NCBI RefSeq assembly: GCF_001194135.2 | Contig: NC_069000.1 | Span: forward strand, 47,272,792-47,336,791 | DNA from: Octopus bimaculoides | Lineage: Eukaryota | Direction: 5' to 3' | Length of the DNA stretch: 64,000 bases | Shown: positions 42,601 through 53,511 of the stretch, in pieces | Layout of the letters: each line of letters begins with the position of its first letter | Position numbering within the stretch: position 1 is the first letter of the stretch | Notes under the pieces: model-generated | The model's database searches: none | What the model saw: only the letters and a program-made list of their open reading frames with translations | What the model was told of the DNA's origin: nothing | Position numbers and translations under genes: made by a program

Positions 42601-45600
42601 TTTGTATTTCAGCCAATGTGCAATCAAGGTCAACCTCGACAGCCAACTTCTACTCCAACCATTCTTACTATCCAGCAGCCGCAAGGACAAGCGACTACGT
42701 CCAGCCATCACACAGTTCTGCGACAAACTGTCCCAGTCAACCACAGTCCTGTACAGGTGTCACCTGTTACTCAAAACAGTACAGGCTCAACAACCACAAT
42801 GCCAAGCACCATACCTGTCGGGCATAATCAAGCCAGCAATGTATTACCAAGTAAGAGAACATCTTCAACCTTCGTCTCTTGTTTCTCTGCAGGAAATATT
42901 TGATGTGGGTCTCTAGACACAAAAATGGCAACTCTCTAAGATGGCTTATCTCAATGCTTTCTTTATTCCAATTGCAATTAGTCACTAACAGTAAATGGTA
43001 GGGAATTACTTCTCTGTGTTTGTAGTCACGCTCTCTTCTCCTTCTTCCTCACATCCGCATCTCTCTGGAACCACCAGGGTGAAACTCCTCCGACTTAGTT
43101 CCAATGAAATACCAACTACTCTAAACCCTTTGCCCATCCGTTTCATTATTCGTGATGAAGTGGTCCTTGGTGCTGGTGCCACGTAAAAAGCACCCAGTCC
43201 ACTCTGTAAGGTGGTTGGTATTAGGAAGGGTATCCAGCCATAGAGACCATGCCAGAACAGACAATGAAGCATGGTTCAATCTTTCTGCCTAAGCCAGCTC
43301 CTATCAAACCATCCAACCTCTGCCAGCAGGGATAATGGACATTAAATCATGATGATGATGTGATAAGACTGGCCCTTTTTGCCAGCCAAGTGGATTGGAG
43401 CGACATGAAATAAAGTGTCTTGCTCAAGGACACAACACACCACCAGGAATCGAACTCACGACCTTACAATCATGAGCCAAATACCCTAATCACTTAACTA
43501 CACCCCCCCCACACACACACACATCATAAAAGTCAATTGACTCCTTGATTTTTGAAAGATTTCTTTGTCATCTCTTCTTTGGATATTTGCTGGTTGCCCT
43601 GCCATGGTTCCATTCTAGCTGCCCTGCCATAATAGCCAAGTTGATGGAGAGATACCTTACAGATGTCCTCCAATTCATTTTGGAATTGCTCTGCAACCTC
43701 ATCTGCCTTGCAGCAGGGATTATTTTCACCAATCTATTTGGCAGCCCAAACACGCCTGCCTGAGGGTCCCAAGATGACCCGAGCAGAATGCTTTTGATTC
43801 CTTTCTTTCTTTTGTTGGTGGATTGGACAATCACTCTGTTGACTGTATCAAGGGGAATCCCAAAATTTTCTGCAGTCTTACACTGGCTAAGTTCACCCTC
43901 GGATCCACCCTCAATACACCCTCTTTGAAAATCAGACAACTCGTTTGCTTCTGGTGTTCACAACATGGTTAGTTGCCATGAACAACTAATATACTGTAAT
44001 CTGAAACGGAAAATAATAATACATTAACAGTTTGAAGCCTCAGATAAAAAAAGTTATAATGAGGGGGTGTCTATTTACTTTTTGAGATGTCTGTGTTTAT
44101 ATAATGTTTCATGGACTTTGTGTTTGATTTGTATAAAAAATGTTTTACTTTCAGATCAGAACAGCAATATGATTGATAATGTTCGGAAATGTAAGAATTT
44201 CATGGCAACACTGCTGAAATTAGCTTCTAATCAGCGTCCTGAAACAATCTTCAATGTACGTGAGCTCATCCAAGGACTGATTGTAAGTGAATGTATTTTC
44301 TTCTTTATTTACCTTTAGTCTTTTTACAACAGCAACGATCATGCCGATTAATGATCATGCTGACTGATGACCATACTGACTAATTACACAAAGTCTGCAT
44401 TGTCTGTCTTAGTACAGCATGCTGTAAAGTGCAGTCCACCTACCTGGCTGACAATAGGTTCCACTTCTATTTCATGCTTGGCTCATTAGCTGTAGAGGTG
44501 GCACCCATCTGTAGAATCTTTTATTGTGTTTTATTGTGGTAGAAGTTTAAACTTAAATTATTGAACCAAATTGTACAGTTAGAAACTACAAATAGGTATG
44601 TGCTATGGCAGCACATTTCATGTGATATGTCCATCAACAACAGAACCACATCATGCAATGGTCAGGGCCCACTTCCCAGTTATAATTCTGCACAATAATT
44701 CTTGAGCAACCCATCAAAGCTTCACTGTTCAAACTATTCTCATACCAAGTCCATTCTTCTCTAAATAGTTTTGCATTAATTATGTATATTTTATGTTAAT
44801 TATATATAGTTTTATATTAATTGTATATTCTGTAGATTAAACTCTGGGTTTATTCATTTATCTTCCATTCCAGGATGGTAAAGTTGACCCTGAAAGTTTC
44901 ACAGAGAAACTTCAAATTGAACTGCAGTCTTCACCTCAACCTTGTTTGGTCCCTTTCTTGAAAGTAAGTACTCTATCCCTTCACTAGTGCTGTCCTCTGT
45001 AGAAACATTCTTTCATTGGCATTAATTAAACACTTTTATAAAGACATATAATCTTTAATTAGATATTGGATATATTAATTATTCTTTATTTCCAATTAAG
45101 TTTTTGTTGAATTGACAAACTGTAAACCTGTCACACACACACACACATACACACACTCTCTGTCTGTCTCTCTCTCTCTCTCTCTCACTCTCTCTCTCTC
45201 TCTCTCCCCCCTCTCTCTGGTAATGTCTGTTCACATTTTCTGTGAGGAAATAAAAAGTTCCTAGCTTGGAAAACAAATAAAGCTTGGTGACAAGAAAATC
45301 ATTCCAGGTCTTGCTAGCATGCAAAAACACATGCTAAAATGAATGTGTACACACACACATACACGCACACACATGCACATACATGTATGTAAAGTTAAAA
45401 TATGACAAATGCATTTTAATGGAAACAGTATAAGTTTCACTGTTCTCAAACAACACTTTTCCAATTGTGTGTGTGTGTGTGTGTTGTATTTGATGGATTA
45501 TTAGAAGCACAGAATTACCTGATGCACCTGAATTTTATTTAGCAAACCCTTTCTTGTCTTACCACTTGCCAGCAATCTAATCCTTGACTCAAACCCTCTG

Positions 45601-48600
45601 TTTATTAAGTAGAGGGGGAAATTGTGCCTTCTTAGCAGACGTGTTTGGTGCTTAATGCCCATCATAGATGTATGTATGTATGTATGTATGTATGTTATCA
45701 GTCAGGAAGTGTGAGAGTGTATGGTGGTAGCAGTTGATATGGAAAAGATGTTAAATCTCTCCCAGTTCGTTTCTTTGTGTCTCGTCTATGTATGTCCAGT
45801 TATTGGTCTGTCCACTCATACCATCTCACCATTGTCTGTTTGTCCACCTTCCTACATCCTTCTGCCCATCTCCATGCCTCTATGTTTATCCCACTCTTTC
45901 TCCCCCCCCCCCCCGATATGTATGTATTTATATCTTTTGTATATTTTCAGAAAAGTTTACCTCTGTTGAGGCACTCTCTCTACATGAATAAAATGTCCAT
46001 TGACGGGGTGCGTCCCCCTCCTCCTGAAGTGATCCGGGTTCAGACAATGTGTTCCGTGCCTAATACAACTGTTATGACACACACTAAGCAGAACGTACAC
46101 AGCCACACCCACAACAGAATGACTCATGTGACCGCAGCGAATCGCATGACCACCCAGCCTCAGGTCCATGGCGTTATGTCAGGGGGCCACATTCATCAAC
46201 CCACTCAGGTAACTATCTTCTCGTGTCTTTCTTTTAATGGTATTGGGTGGTGTTCATTCTTTCCCATGATGTTTATAAAGCAAAATAGTACCGACTGGAA
46301 TTTGAAACCCTTGCACACAGTTTACCTCAACATTAAATGTTATTAAAGCTGGTCCTTCAAAGTCCCAAAATGAGAACTTGCTTTGTATGCCTCATTTCTT
46401 TAATTATTTAAAGACATAAAACAAACATCTCCCTGGATTGAACAGAATTGGTAGAGCACTAAACAGAATGTCTTGTGCTATCTTATTATGTCCCTTTATT
46501 TTCTGACTTCACATCCCATCAAAGTTAACCCTTTCATTACCATAATGAAATTCAATTAATTTTCAAAATAATGAAGAATTTTGTAAAGTAACTTTGTCGT
46601 TATTTATCTGGTTTCTGGAAAATAAACTTGCATGAAATTTTGTTGGAAGGTTTTAATTTAAATCCTTTTAAAACAAGAAGTTTGTATCACAGAACCAGGC
46701 TGGTCTCAGGCAGGTTGGTATCAAAAGGGGCTAATTCTACTGTTCTTCTTCCTGGGTCATTAGAACACAGTATCAGTAATATTCTGGAGTTTATTTAATC
46801 AGTTACATCATTCCCCTTAAATTTTTGTGCCTGTGTTAGTAATTAATATTTCATAGAATCAATCTTATCATTTAACGATTTTGGTTTTGTTTGTTACAGA
46901 CTATCATCAAACAGGTATGCCCAGCTGGTCAAATTGGCCATGTCCAGGTACGTGGTGGTCAAGCTAAGATGACAACGACAACCGTTGGTCATCCTGGCAT
47001 CACTGTCGCCAAATCTAACCTTGGTACAATGACCACTGTTGGGAGAACCAACCTTCTCAACACATTGCCTACATCTACCACTAATCTCCAATCCCACATG
47101 CAGATCAAGAAAGAGACATTGGCTCCGCACAAGGAAAAACGGAAATACGAGTCTCTGAAGTAAGTTTGCCTTATCTCATACATTGTGGTCTTTGCTCTCA
47201 TTTCATTCACCCTGAGACACCTTTTCTCAGAGGAGGAACAACATAACTGTTGAGCCAGTGGTTGTCATGTGAAGGTAATTAACTCTGTGTATTTTAAACA
47301 ATTATTTCAGAGATGACGATGACATCAATGATGTGGCAACGATGGGTGGAGTCAACCTGTCAGAGGAAACTCGCAATATTATGGCTACCAATGCCGACTT
47401 CATTGGGACCCAGATTCGGTCTTGTAAAGATGAATGTTTTCTTTATCACAGCCCACTCTTAAGTAGAATTAGCTCAATTGGTAAGTATTTACTCGACAGT
47501 TGAGTTTAACTGTGATCATAACTCTGTGTGTGTTGTGTTCATGAGTAGATAATTGTGTTCACTCATGTTTATATGTGCATACATGCACATTTGTGCCTCT
47601 ATGTGTGCAATCTTTACAAATTTTGGGATTTTTACCAAATGGAGCAATTGTGTGTGTGTGTGTCCACTGTGATATTCTGACTAATAAAAGGGCCAAACTG
47701 TAAAATTACTCAAACTCTGTGAATGGAATGAGTTAGACCACTTAGTAGCAATAACAACAACAGCAGCAACAACATTATTGAATAACACCCTGTGTTGTTG
47801 TTGGTGGTGCTGCTGTTGCCCCACTGTGGGTTCAAAGTTGCAATATGAGTTGATGTGGCAGAAAAGCATTAGTTGAGAGGACTTTGTCTGGAGCAATTTG
47901 TCTTTTGTTTGGAATATGGTTGCAACATATAAAATATTGCTCTCTTGGCACCAACAAGCATTATTATGGCTGTTAATTAATATTTTTATTTGTTGTTATT
48001 GTAAGCAATTAACTGTGCCTTCGGTTGTATATTTAAACACAGCCAAGAAATACGGTGTTGAAGAGGTACCTTCCGATGTTGCTAACATTGTATCACATGC
48101 AACTCAAGAACGATTGCGAGATTTCATTGAAAAATTATCTACGATTGCTGAACACAGAACAGAAATATACAAAGTAAGTGGCTAATCCATAATCTTTAGT
48201 CTTTCTAAAACCACAATCTTTTCTTGTGGATTATGCTTATCTCTATTTTCAGATCTCTGTATTTATTGTTTTTCATTTCTTTAATTTTTGTTGTTTTTTT
48301 TTTCTCTAAGATGGACAGCAGGTATGAGGTGAAAAACGATGTCAGAGCAATATTGAAACATTTTGAAGAACTTGAGCGACTTGAAAAGAAGAGACATGAA
48401 GAACAGGAGCGAGAAATGTTACTAAGGGTTGCTAAGGTTTGTTTTTCCTTCTCCCTACCTCTGAAATCCCCACCCCTTGGGGCCAACTGGATGGCGTTCC
48501 TACTGACAAGATCAAACTATATCTGTAGTAAGGTTTGAACTTGTGAAATATCAATTAGTGTTGGGGGGGGGTTAAATTGTTTGGAGAAAAACCAGGTTCT

Positions 48601-51600
48601 CCAGCTGTTGCTTTGCTCTCCACAACCCTACTATTTTCTCTTATTCAAACCTTAGACTCAAACAAATCATGGGAGCAGCTGGAGGAGCTGTTTCTACACT
48701 CGTTATTCCTTTCCTAGCCTCACTTATTATTGGTTCCACATTAAACACACTCTGTGGAGTCGTTGACGTTAGAAAGGGCCATGCCAAAACAGACAATGGA
48801 ACCTGGTGCAGGTCCCTGGCCTTACCAGCTCCAGTCAAACCATCCAACCCATGCCAGCATTGAAAACAGACATTAAATGATGATGATGATGATGATTATT
48901 AATTCCAGCTTCTCTTTTGAGGGTCAAATCCTGGTGCCTTACTGTACCAAAACCTGCAATTCACCCATTCAGTTCATATTGTGTCTGTTTCAGCTGAAAT
49001 TTCAATTTGAAAATAAGCAATGGTCACAGTTGGATTGCTGTTGGTTTTTACAAATATTTGATTAAATAAGTTCTAATTCCTTGCTGGCATAACAGCTAAA
49101 ATTTGTATATTTTTAGAACATTTGCTTTGAACACAGCAATTCAGACTAACTTGTTATGGTTTTATGAGTTTGAAAATGTTTATTTCAAGCCATCAAATCA
49201 AACACAGATATTTTTGTATATTTAGTGTTTATCTAACACAGCTGTTACACGACTGGACTTGTAACTGTTCCAGTGCCTATGTCCCAGTCGCATGGAGTCT
49301 CTATGTCTTACATGAAAGGACTGTCGTCTCAAAGATATATTTAAATTTTCATTAAAGCAAGAGATTTTGGCTGAAAAGGGTTTGATTTTGTTTCAATAAG
49401 GTTAGGGCTTGAAACAGGAAAAAATTTCATTAGACTGAAAAATAGATTCTATTGAGATTGATTGTAATGGGATTTCATGTGCATGTGTGTGTGTGTGTGT
49501 TCATATAGGTACCAGTGTAGCTGTGTGATTAAGAAGTTTGCTTTCCATCCACATGGTTTCAGGTTCAATCTCATTGCATGGCACCTTGAGCAAGTGTCTT
49601 CTACTCCAGCCCTGACCAACCAAAGCCTTGTCAGTGGATTTAGCAGAGAGAAACTGAAAGAAGCCCACACACACAAAAACATAGTGTGTGTGTGTGAAAT
49701 GTATATGTTTATGTCCTTTTGCTCTGACATTGCATGACAGTTGTCAATGAATGTCAGTGTCATACAAGAAGTACCATACATTTCCAATATCCTTCAAAGA
49801 CACATCTGGCCGTGGAGGAAATATTACTTTACTTGGAAACAAGTGAGGGTTGGTGACAGGAAGGACATCCAACTGCAGAAAAATCTGCCTCAGATAAACT
49901 GTCTGACCCATGCTAGCATGAAAAAGTGGACATTAACTGACGACGAGGATGAAAATACGTTATATATGTATATATTGTATTTTATTCTATATATATGTTT
50001 TCTATTTACAGAGTCGGTCAAAACATGAAGATCCAGAACAGTTGAAACTAAAGCAGAAAGCTAAGGAGGTAAGTTAGTGTGTGTGTGTATGTAAATAAAT
50101 GGTTTTGGTATTAAGAAACGCTGTTTAAATGTGTTGCTTCCTCTAAAATATCTGCAGTTTATATTTCTGTTGATGGTTCTGTTTTTTTTTTTTTTTGTCC
50201 TTCTATTTTCTCAGTTACAACTGGCAGAGATGGAAGAAATGAGGCAACGAGAGGCCAACATTACAGCATTAGCAGCTATTGGTCCCAGAAAGAAGCGGAA
50301 AACAGAAGCAGGAGACTCAAATCAGGTACTCACTCACTGATGTAGTTTGGGGATTTGTGGAGGGGTTTGCAAACCACTGACATATTGTTAAAGGTTTCTA
50401 TTTTTGGGTTGACCTATTAAAGGATTTACCATTTCTGGTGGTTATTATTATAGTGATGATGATGATGAAAGGTAGAAGCATTATTATGCTGAGCAAAATG
50501 CTTAGCAGCATTTCTTTTAGCTTTATGTTCTGAGTTGAATATCCCTGTTGTGGGTTCATATCCTATTGAAGTGGACTTTAGATTTCATTTTTCTGGGGTC
50601 CATAAAATAAAGGACCAGTCTGAGGCAGTGAATTGGTAGGTTTCTTAAAGGGTTACCCTAGACGTTTTGCACTATTTCTTCTTGAATTTCTGTCCTTGAG
50701 TCATAGATTTATTCCATTCCACTTGGTCCTCAGGTACCTTTAGTGCTGGCCATTCTTTCGTACATACAAGTCAGGTATTCCACGTGAAAATGAGTCCACA
50801 AAATATTGTGGAGGCCATGGAATAAAGGGAAATTCCTACTGCCCTTTCATCCCTAAGCAATAAAAAAAAATCTGTTGTGTGTAAAGTGGTTGGGTATTCT
50901 ACACCCCAAAACAAATGTAAATCCTCTGCAGAGAAAAGTGTCATCTTTCCTCCATTAATCCCTACCACCAGATCCACAATTACAGCTACACACACATTTG
51001 TGTGATAGAAGGCCTGTAGAGGTACAAGAGGTCCACAAGAATAGCTGCCCCTCCAAACTTTCTGACCCTTTAACTGCCTTCATCAAATTCACATTGGTGT
51101 ATACCAACACTATATTCTGTTATACCCCCCCCCCATCTCCAGGCAGTCCACTTACCTCATATAGTCTAATTTCATCAACCAGCTGTCATTATTTTCTTAT
51201 GTTTTGTGAGAGACATTGTAAATAACTCATTTCATAATATATTCTGCAGTCTTATATATATATATATACACACACATACACATCATTATCATTGTTACCA
51301 CCACCTTATTCATCACCATCATCACAATAACACTGTTCTTCTCTCACTCTAATATATTTTATTTTCTTTTCTATTCCAGACTGGTACATCAACATCTCTC
51401 ACAAATGGTGGAGTAAGTTCATCTTCCGTTCGACCTGTGAGTCTTCATTTAAAAACAAAATTTTTGTTTCATGTTTTCTTCCAACCACAACAGATGGGGG
51501 GAGTTCCATTTCTTCACCTTCATTCTCCACCACCACCACCACCACACTCAACTATTCTCTCTCTACATCTTTCCATGCCTACTTTCTCTCTCTCTCTTTC

Positions 51601-53446
51601 TACTTCTCTCTTTTTCTTTGTCTTTACCTCTCTCTCTCTCTCTCTCTTTCTCCTGCTATATTACTAATTATCGTTACCACATCCACCTGACAAGGATATT
51701 GTTGCAGCAGAAGGAAGAATATTCTTGGATCCAACAATGTGTGTGTGTGTGTGTGCGTGTGCGTGCTATAATAACTGTGACCTGATAGTTAAGGATGTTC
51801 AGCTCAAGATGATGATGATGAGATCTCAGGTTCAATTCCTGGACCAGACAGCATATTTTCATTTTACATTGGTCTAATCTACTCACCTGGGAATAAGTAT
51901 CAGTTTCCAGCTGTCAGAATGTTCCATAGCAGCACCTGAAACAATTATTGGCAACCTACCAGGGCAATCATACTCCCTCACAGGTGATGGTTATGGCATA
52001 CAAACATTTAAACTCGTGTTTAGAACGTAAATGTGATATATCTATAAGGTTAATGGACGGGAAGAATCGGTAGATCATCAGATGAAATATCTTGTGATAG
52101 ATTTTTGTTTAGTTTCTTTTCTTTGGCAGAGGAAACGGATGGAGTGTTCACATCACAGATTCTACCCAAATATTATACAATCTGTCTTTGACTCAATGAA
52201 AGAATCCTTTTGTTGCCAGCAGGAGTTATAAGAAACTCTCGCACACCCCCACCTCTTACTCTAATTATTATGCATTCAAAACCCCGGCTTCGATAACTAA
52301 CTGCTTCAACTATAGTAACAGAATCTCTCCTCAGTTTTCTCATATTTATCCTGCTGACATGTGTTGGCTAGGTTTTGTCCATTTGGAGTCTTGGGCTAGA
52401 TTCCTGGATACTGGACAGTTAGCTTTAGCTAATATCAGATATAATATATATATATATGTATATATATTTATAAACACATGAAATATAACTTTCTACTTGC
52501 TGGGTTTAATTAGAGAAGCAGGAAAGAAAAAATTAAGACCTGGGAATCTTTCAAAATTCTGGTAAAGGGGAGGCAAGTGTATTTGCAAAGACGATTAGGC
52601 AGAACCAACCAAAGTGGGAGGCATTCATTTATGTGGTATTACTTGCAGTTGGTCTTTGGTATGACTTGAAACAACATCAAGTTGTAGGGCCCTGGTTTTG
52701 GAGTTGCAGGGGTTTGAAGAGTGTGGAAGCAGCTCTTAGCCACTATTTATTCTCAGGTCTGCTCTGACCCAGAATAGTAGCAGTGGTTAGGTCTCAGCTA
52801 TGGGCTTATTAGAATGTTAACCTTGTGGAGTACAGAGAGCAAGATGATATGCCTTGGTCATCTCCTTCATCCCCAGTTGTCTTGACCTGGTCTTGTCAAT
52901 GGATTGAAGATGGTCACAGACAAGAACATGAGGCTGATGGTGTTGTGCAGTTCTTCTTCACTTTAAACAAAGTCACTCTGTGTAAGTCATTGGTCACCCT
53001 TCCTCCCTTTAAGATGACCAGACGGTCCTTATCACTATGCTATCTGTACTCTCTACCATTACCCACCACACCTCACTGTCAGACGAGACTAAAAACCTAC
53101 ATAGATCTGGCAGGCTTCAAGGGCTGCTTTCTAGATTAGGATTTTCTGCAACACACGAGCTTGGTCCTATATGAAGCCATGTGTCGAATCCTTTCGTGAT
53201 TAACAAAGTTTTATTTATTTTGTATTTTCTTTTTGTTTATGAATTTCTTGATATTTTTGTTTTGCACCAAATACCCCGTTAATCAAGTCACGTTGAAGCC
53301 AGCATTTTAACATCTTCTGTTTCCTTCCACAGGTTGTGTCCCGGCCACGTATCAAACGTGTCAACCTGAGAGATTTGCTATTTTTGATGGAACAAGACAA
53401 ATCTTTATGCAGATCAACGCTGATGTATAAATCATTTTTTAAGTGA
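33552..53446 (+). CDS. TAF4: Transcription initiation factor TFIID subunit 4, about 1156 aa. Exons: 33552-35117, 41414-41578, 42613-42850, 44155-44282, 44874-44963, 45951-46208, 46900-47159, 47311-47480, 48043-48173, 48311-48436, 50012-50068, 50215-50325, 51380-51436 (or -51412), 53333-53446
   Basis: TAF4 N-terminal motif (EVDE..VSALVGSLES.L), TAFH/NHR1 domain (NVRKCKNFMATLLKLAS...SSPQPCLVPFLKKSLP), histone-fold region (DDDDINDVATMGGVNL...VSHATQERLR), DPEQLKLKQKAKE, EANITALAAIGPRKKRK and C-terminal RIKRVNLRDLLF. The joined CDS is 3471 nt and in frame. Confidence 0.97.
38438..38615 (-). mobile_element. SINE family B copy in TAF4 intron 1
   Basis: gaaaggcaaagtcaaccttggtggaatttgaactcagaac. Confidence 0.8.
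38990..39400 (-). mobile_element. Penelope-like element 3' remnant (pLTR region with hammerhead) in TAF4 intron 1
   Basis: A decayed A-rich coding-like stretch (..HNVLESYMY..) precedes the hammerhead, and there is a homologous copy at about 59000-59130. Boundaries approximate. Confidence 0.6.
39052..39099 (-). ncRNA. Minimal type-I hammerhead ribozyme motif of the Penelope-associated type
   Basis: Minus strand reads GUCU-CUGAUGA-CGGGAUAU-AAUAA-AUAUCCUG-GAAAC-AGCU-GUA^AGAC. It has an intact core, 8-bp stem II, palindromic stem III (ACAGCUGU), 4-bp stem I and a GUA cleavage triplet. Confidence 0.8.
39736..40555 (+). mobile_element. RTE-clade LINE ORF fragment (EN-RT linker and N-terminal RT domains) in TAF4 intron 1
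   Basis: ORFs 39755..40132 and 40136..40642 share a frame and are separated by one TAA. Motifs: RWREY, GRSPGLDGIHAELL, PEDWRD..MVVLYKGKG.R.DC.NYRGISLLSVVGKV, LPESQ.GF...RGTTD.IF..RQLQ. Starts at a 100-N gap and is truncated before YADD. Confidence 0.93.
41414..41578 (+). CDS. TAF4: TAF4 exon 2 NAITLPTSIQLQPGTVLVKNEQGQLVLV...
   Basis: 165 nt; acceptor ccttctag, donor AAG|gtaagt; resembles the TAF4 PG.VLV..E.GQL motif. Confidence 0.9.
41703..41830 (+). mobile_element. RTE-X LINE ORF C-terminal remnant
   Basis: Frameshifted VDGTCGRGRP/RKTQDEVAKADLKMLNLTREVMKDQDE, the typical G.RGRP.KTW.D.V..DL end of RTE-type ORFs. Confidence 0.7.
42613..42850 (+). CDS. TAF4: TAF4 exon 3 (Q/T/P-rich)
   Basis: 238 nt; acceptor atttcag, donor A|gtaaga (phase 1, matches the next exon). 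Confidence 0.85.
43150..43362 (+). mobile_element. RTE-type LINE/SINE 3' tail ending in (GAT)n
   Basis: ccatccaacc..tgccagca...ggacattaaat(gat)n; also at about 48750-48900(+), 55075-55258(+), 6283-6480(-), 16195-16300(-), 29095-29210(-) and 40556-40640(-). Confidence 0.75.
43368..43505 (-). mobile_element. tRNA-head SINE family C fragment
   Basis: gtgtcttgctcaaggacacaac...ggaatcgaactcacgacctt...; related copy at about 14590-14770. Confidence 0.7.
43555..43990 (-). mobile_element. Tc1/mariner transposase N-terminal remnant in TAF4 intron 3
   Basis: ORF 43568..43939 (LSDFQRGCI.G.SE...SQCKTAE.FGIPLDTVNRVI) is the paired-like HTH start of Tc1 transposases; degenerate downstream. Confidence 0.75.
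44155..44282 (+). CDS. TAF4: TAF4 exon 4 (start of TAFH domain)
   Basis: 128 nt; QNSNMIDNVRKCKNFMATLLKLAS...; donor ATT|gtaagt. Confidence 0.96.
44874..44963 (+). CDS. TAF4: TAF4 exon 5 DGKVDPESFTEKLQIELQSSPQPCLVPFLK
   Basis: 90 nt; acceptor attccag, donor AAA|gtaagt. Confidence 0.96.
45951..46208 (+). CDS. TAF4: TAF4 exon 6 KSLPLLRHSL...IHQPTQ
   Basis: 258 nt; acceptor attttcag, donor CAG|gtaact. Confidence 0.92.
46525..46734. mobile_element. piggyBac-type MITE in TAF4 intron 6
   Basis: ttaaccctttcattacc ... ggtatcaaaaggggctaa, an imperfect TIR. Confidence 0.5.
46900..47159 (+). CDS. TAF4: TAF4 exon 7 TIIKQVCPAG...KRKYESL(K)
   Basis: 260 nt; acceptor gttacag, donor AA|gtaagt (phase 2). 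Confidence 0.9.
47311..47480 (+). CDS. TAF4: TAF4 exon 8 DDDDINDVATMGGVNLSEE...SCKDE
   Basis: 170 nt; acceptor atttcag, donor G|gtaagt. Confidence 0.97.
48043..48173 (+). CDS. TAF4: TAF4 exon 9 (histone fold KKYGVEEVPSDVANIVSHATQERLRDFIEKL)
   Basis: 131 nt; acceptor aaacacag, donor AAA|gtaagt. Confidence 0.96.
48311..48436 (+). CDS. TAF4: TAF4 exon 10 MDSRYEVKNDVRAILKHFEELERLEKKRHEEQEREMLLRVAK
   Basis: 126 nt; acceptor ctctaag, donor AAG|gtttgt. Confidence 0.94.
49512..49950 (+). mobile_element. SINE family A copy ending in an RTE-like 3' tail
   Basis: Family A head, then aggaaggacatccaactgcagaaa...acccatgctagcatgaaaaagtggacattaa. Confidence 0.85.
50012..50068 (+). CDS. TAF4: TAF4 exon 11 SRSKHEDPEQLKLKQKAKE
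   Basis: 57 nt; acceptor atttacag, donor GAG|gtaagt. Confidence 0.96.
50215..50325 (+). CDS. TAF4: TAF4 exon 12 LQLAEMEEMRQREANITALAAIGPRKKRK...
   Basis: 111 nt; acceptor tttctcag, donor CAG|gtactc. Confidence 0.95.
51380..51436 (+). CDS. TAF4: TAF4 exon 13 TGTSTSLTNGG(VSSSSVRP); alternative donor after 51412
   Basis: Acceptor attccag; donors GGA|gtaagt and CCT|gtgagt, both phase 0. Confidence 0.75.
53333..53446 (+). CDS. TAF4: TAF4 last coding exon VVSRPRIKRVNLRDLLFLMEQDKSLCRSTLMYKSFFK*
   Basis: 114 nt; acceptor ttccacag; TGA at 53444-53446; conserved C-terminal domain. Confidence 0.96.
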   Translation, partial: VVSRPRIKRVNLRDLLFLMEQDKSLCRSTLMYKSFFK

Positions 53447-53477
53447 CCTCTTCTTTACCACAACCACAACCACAGCA

Positions 53478-53511
<34 letters not shown>

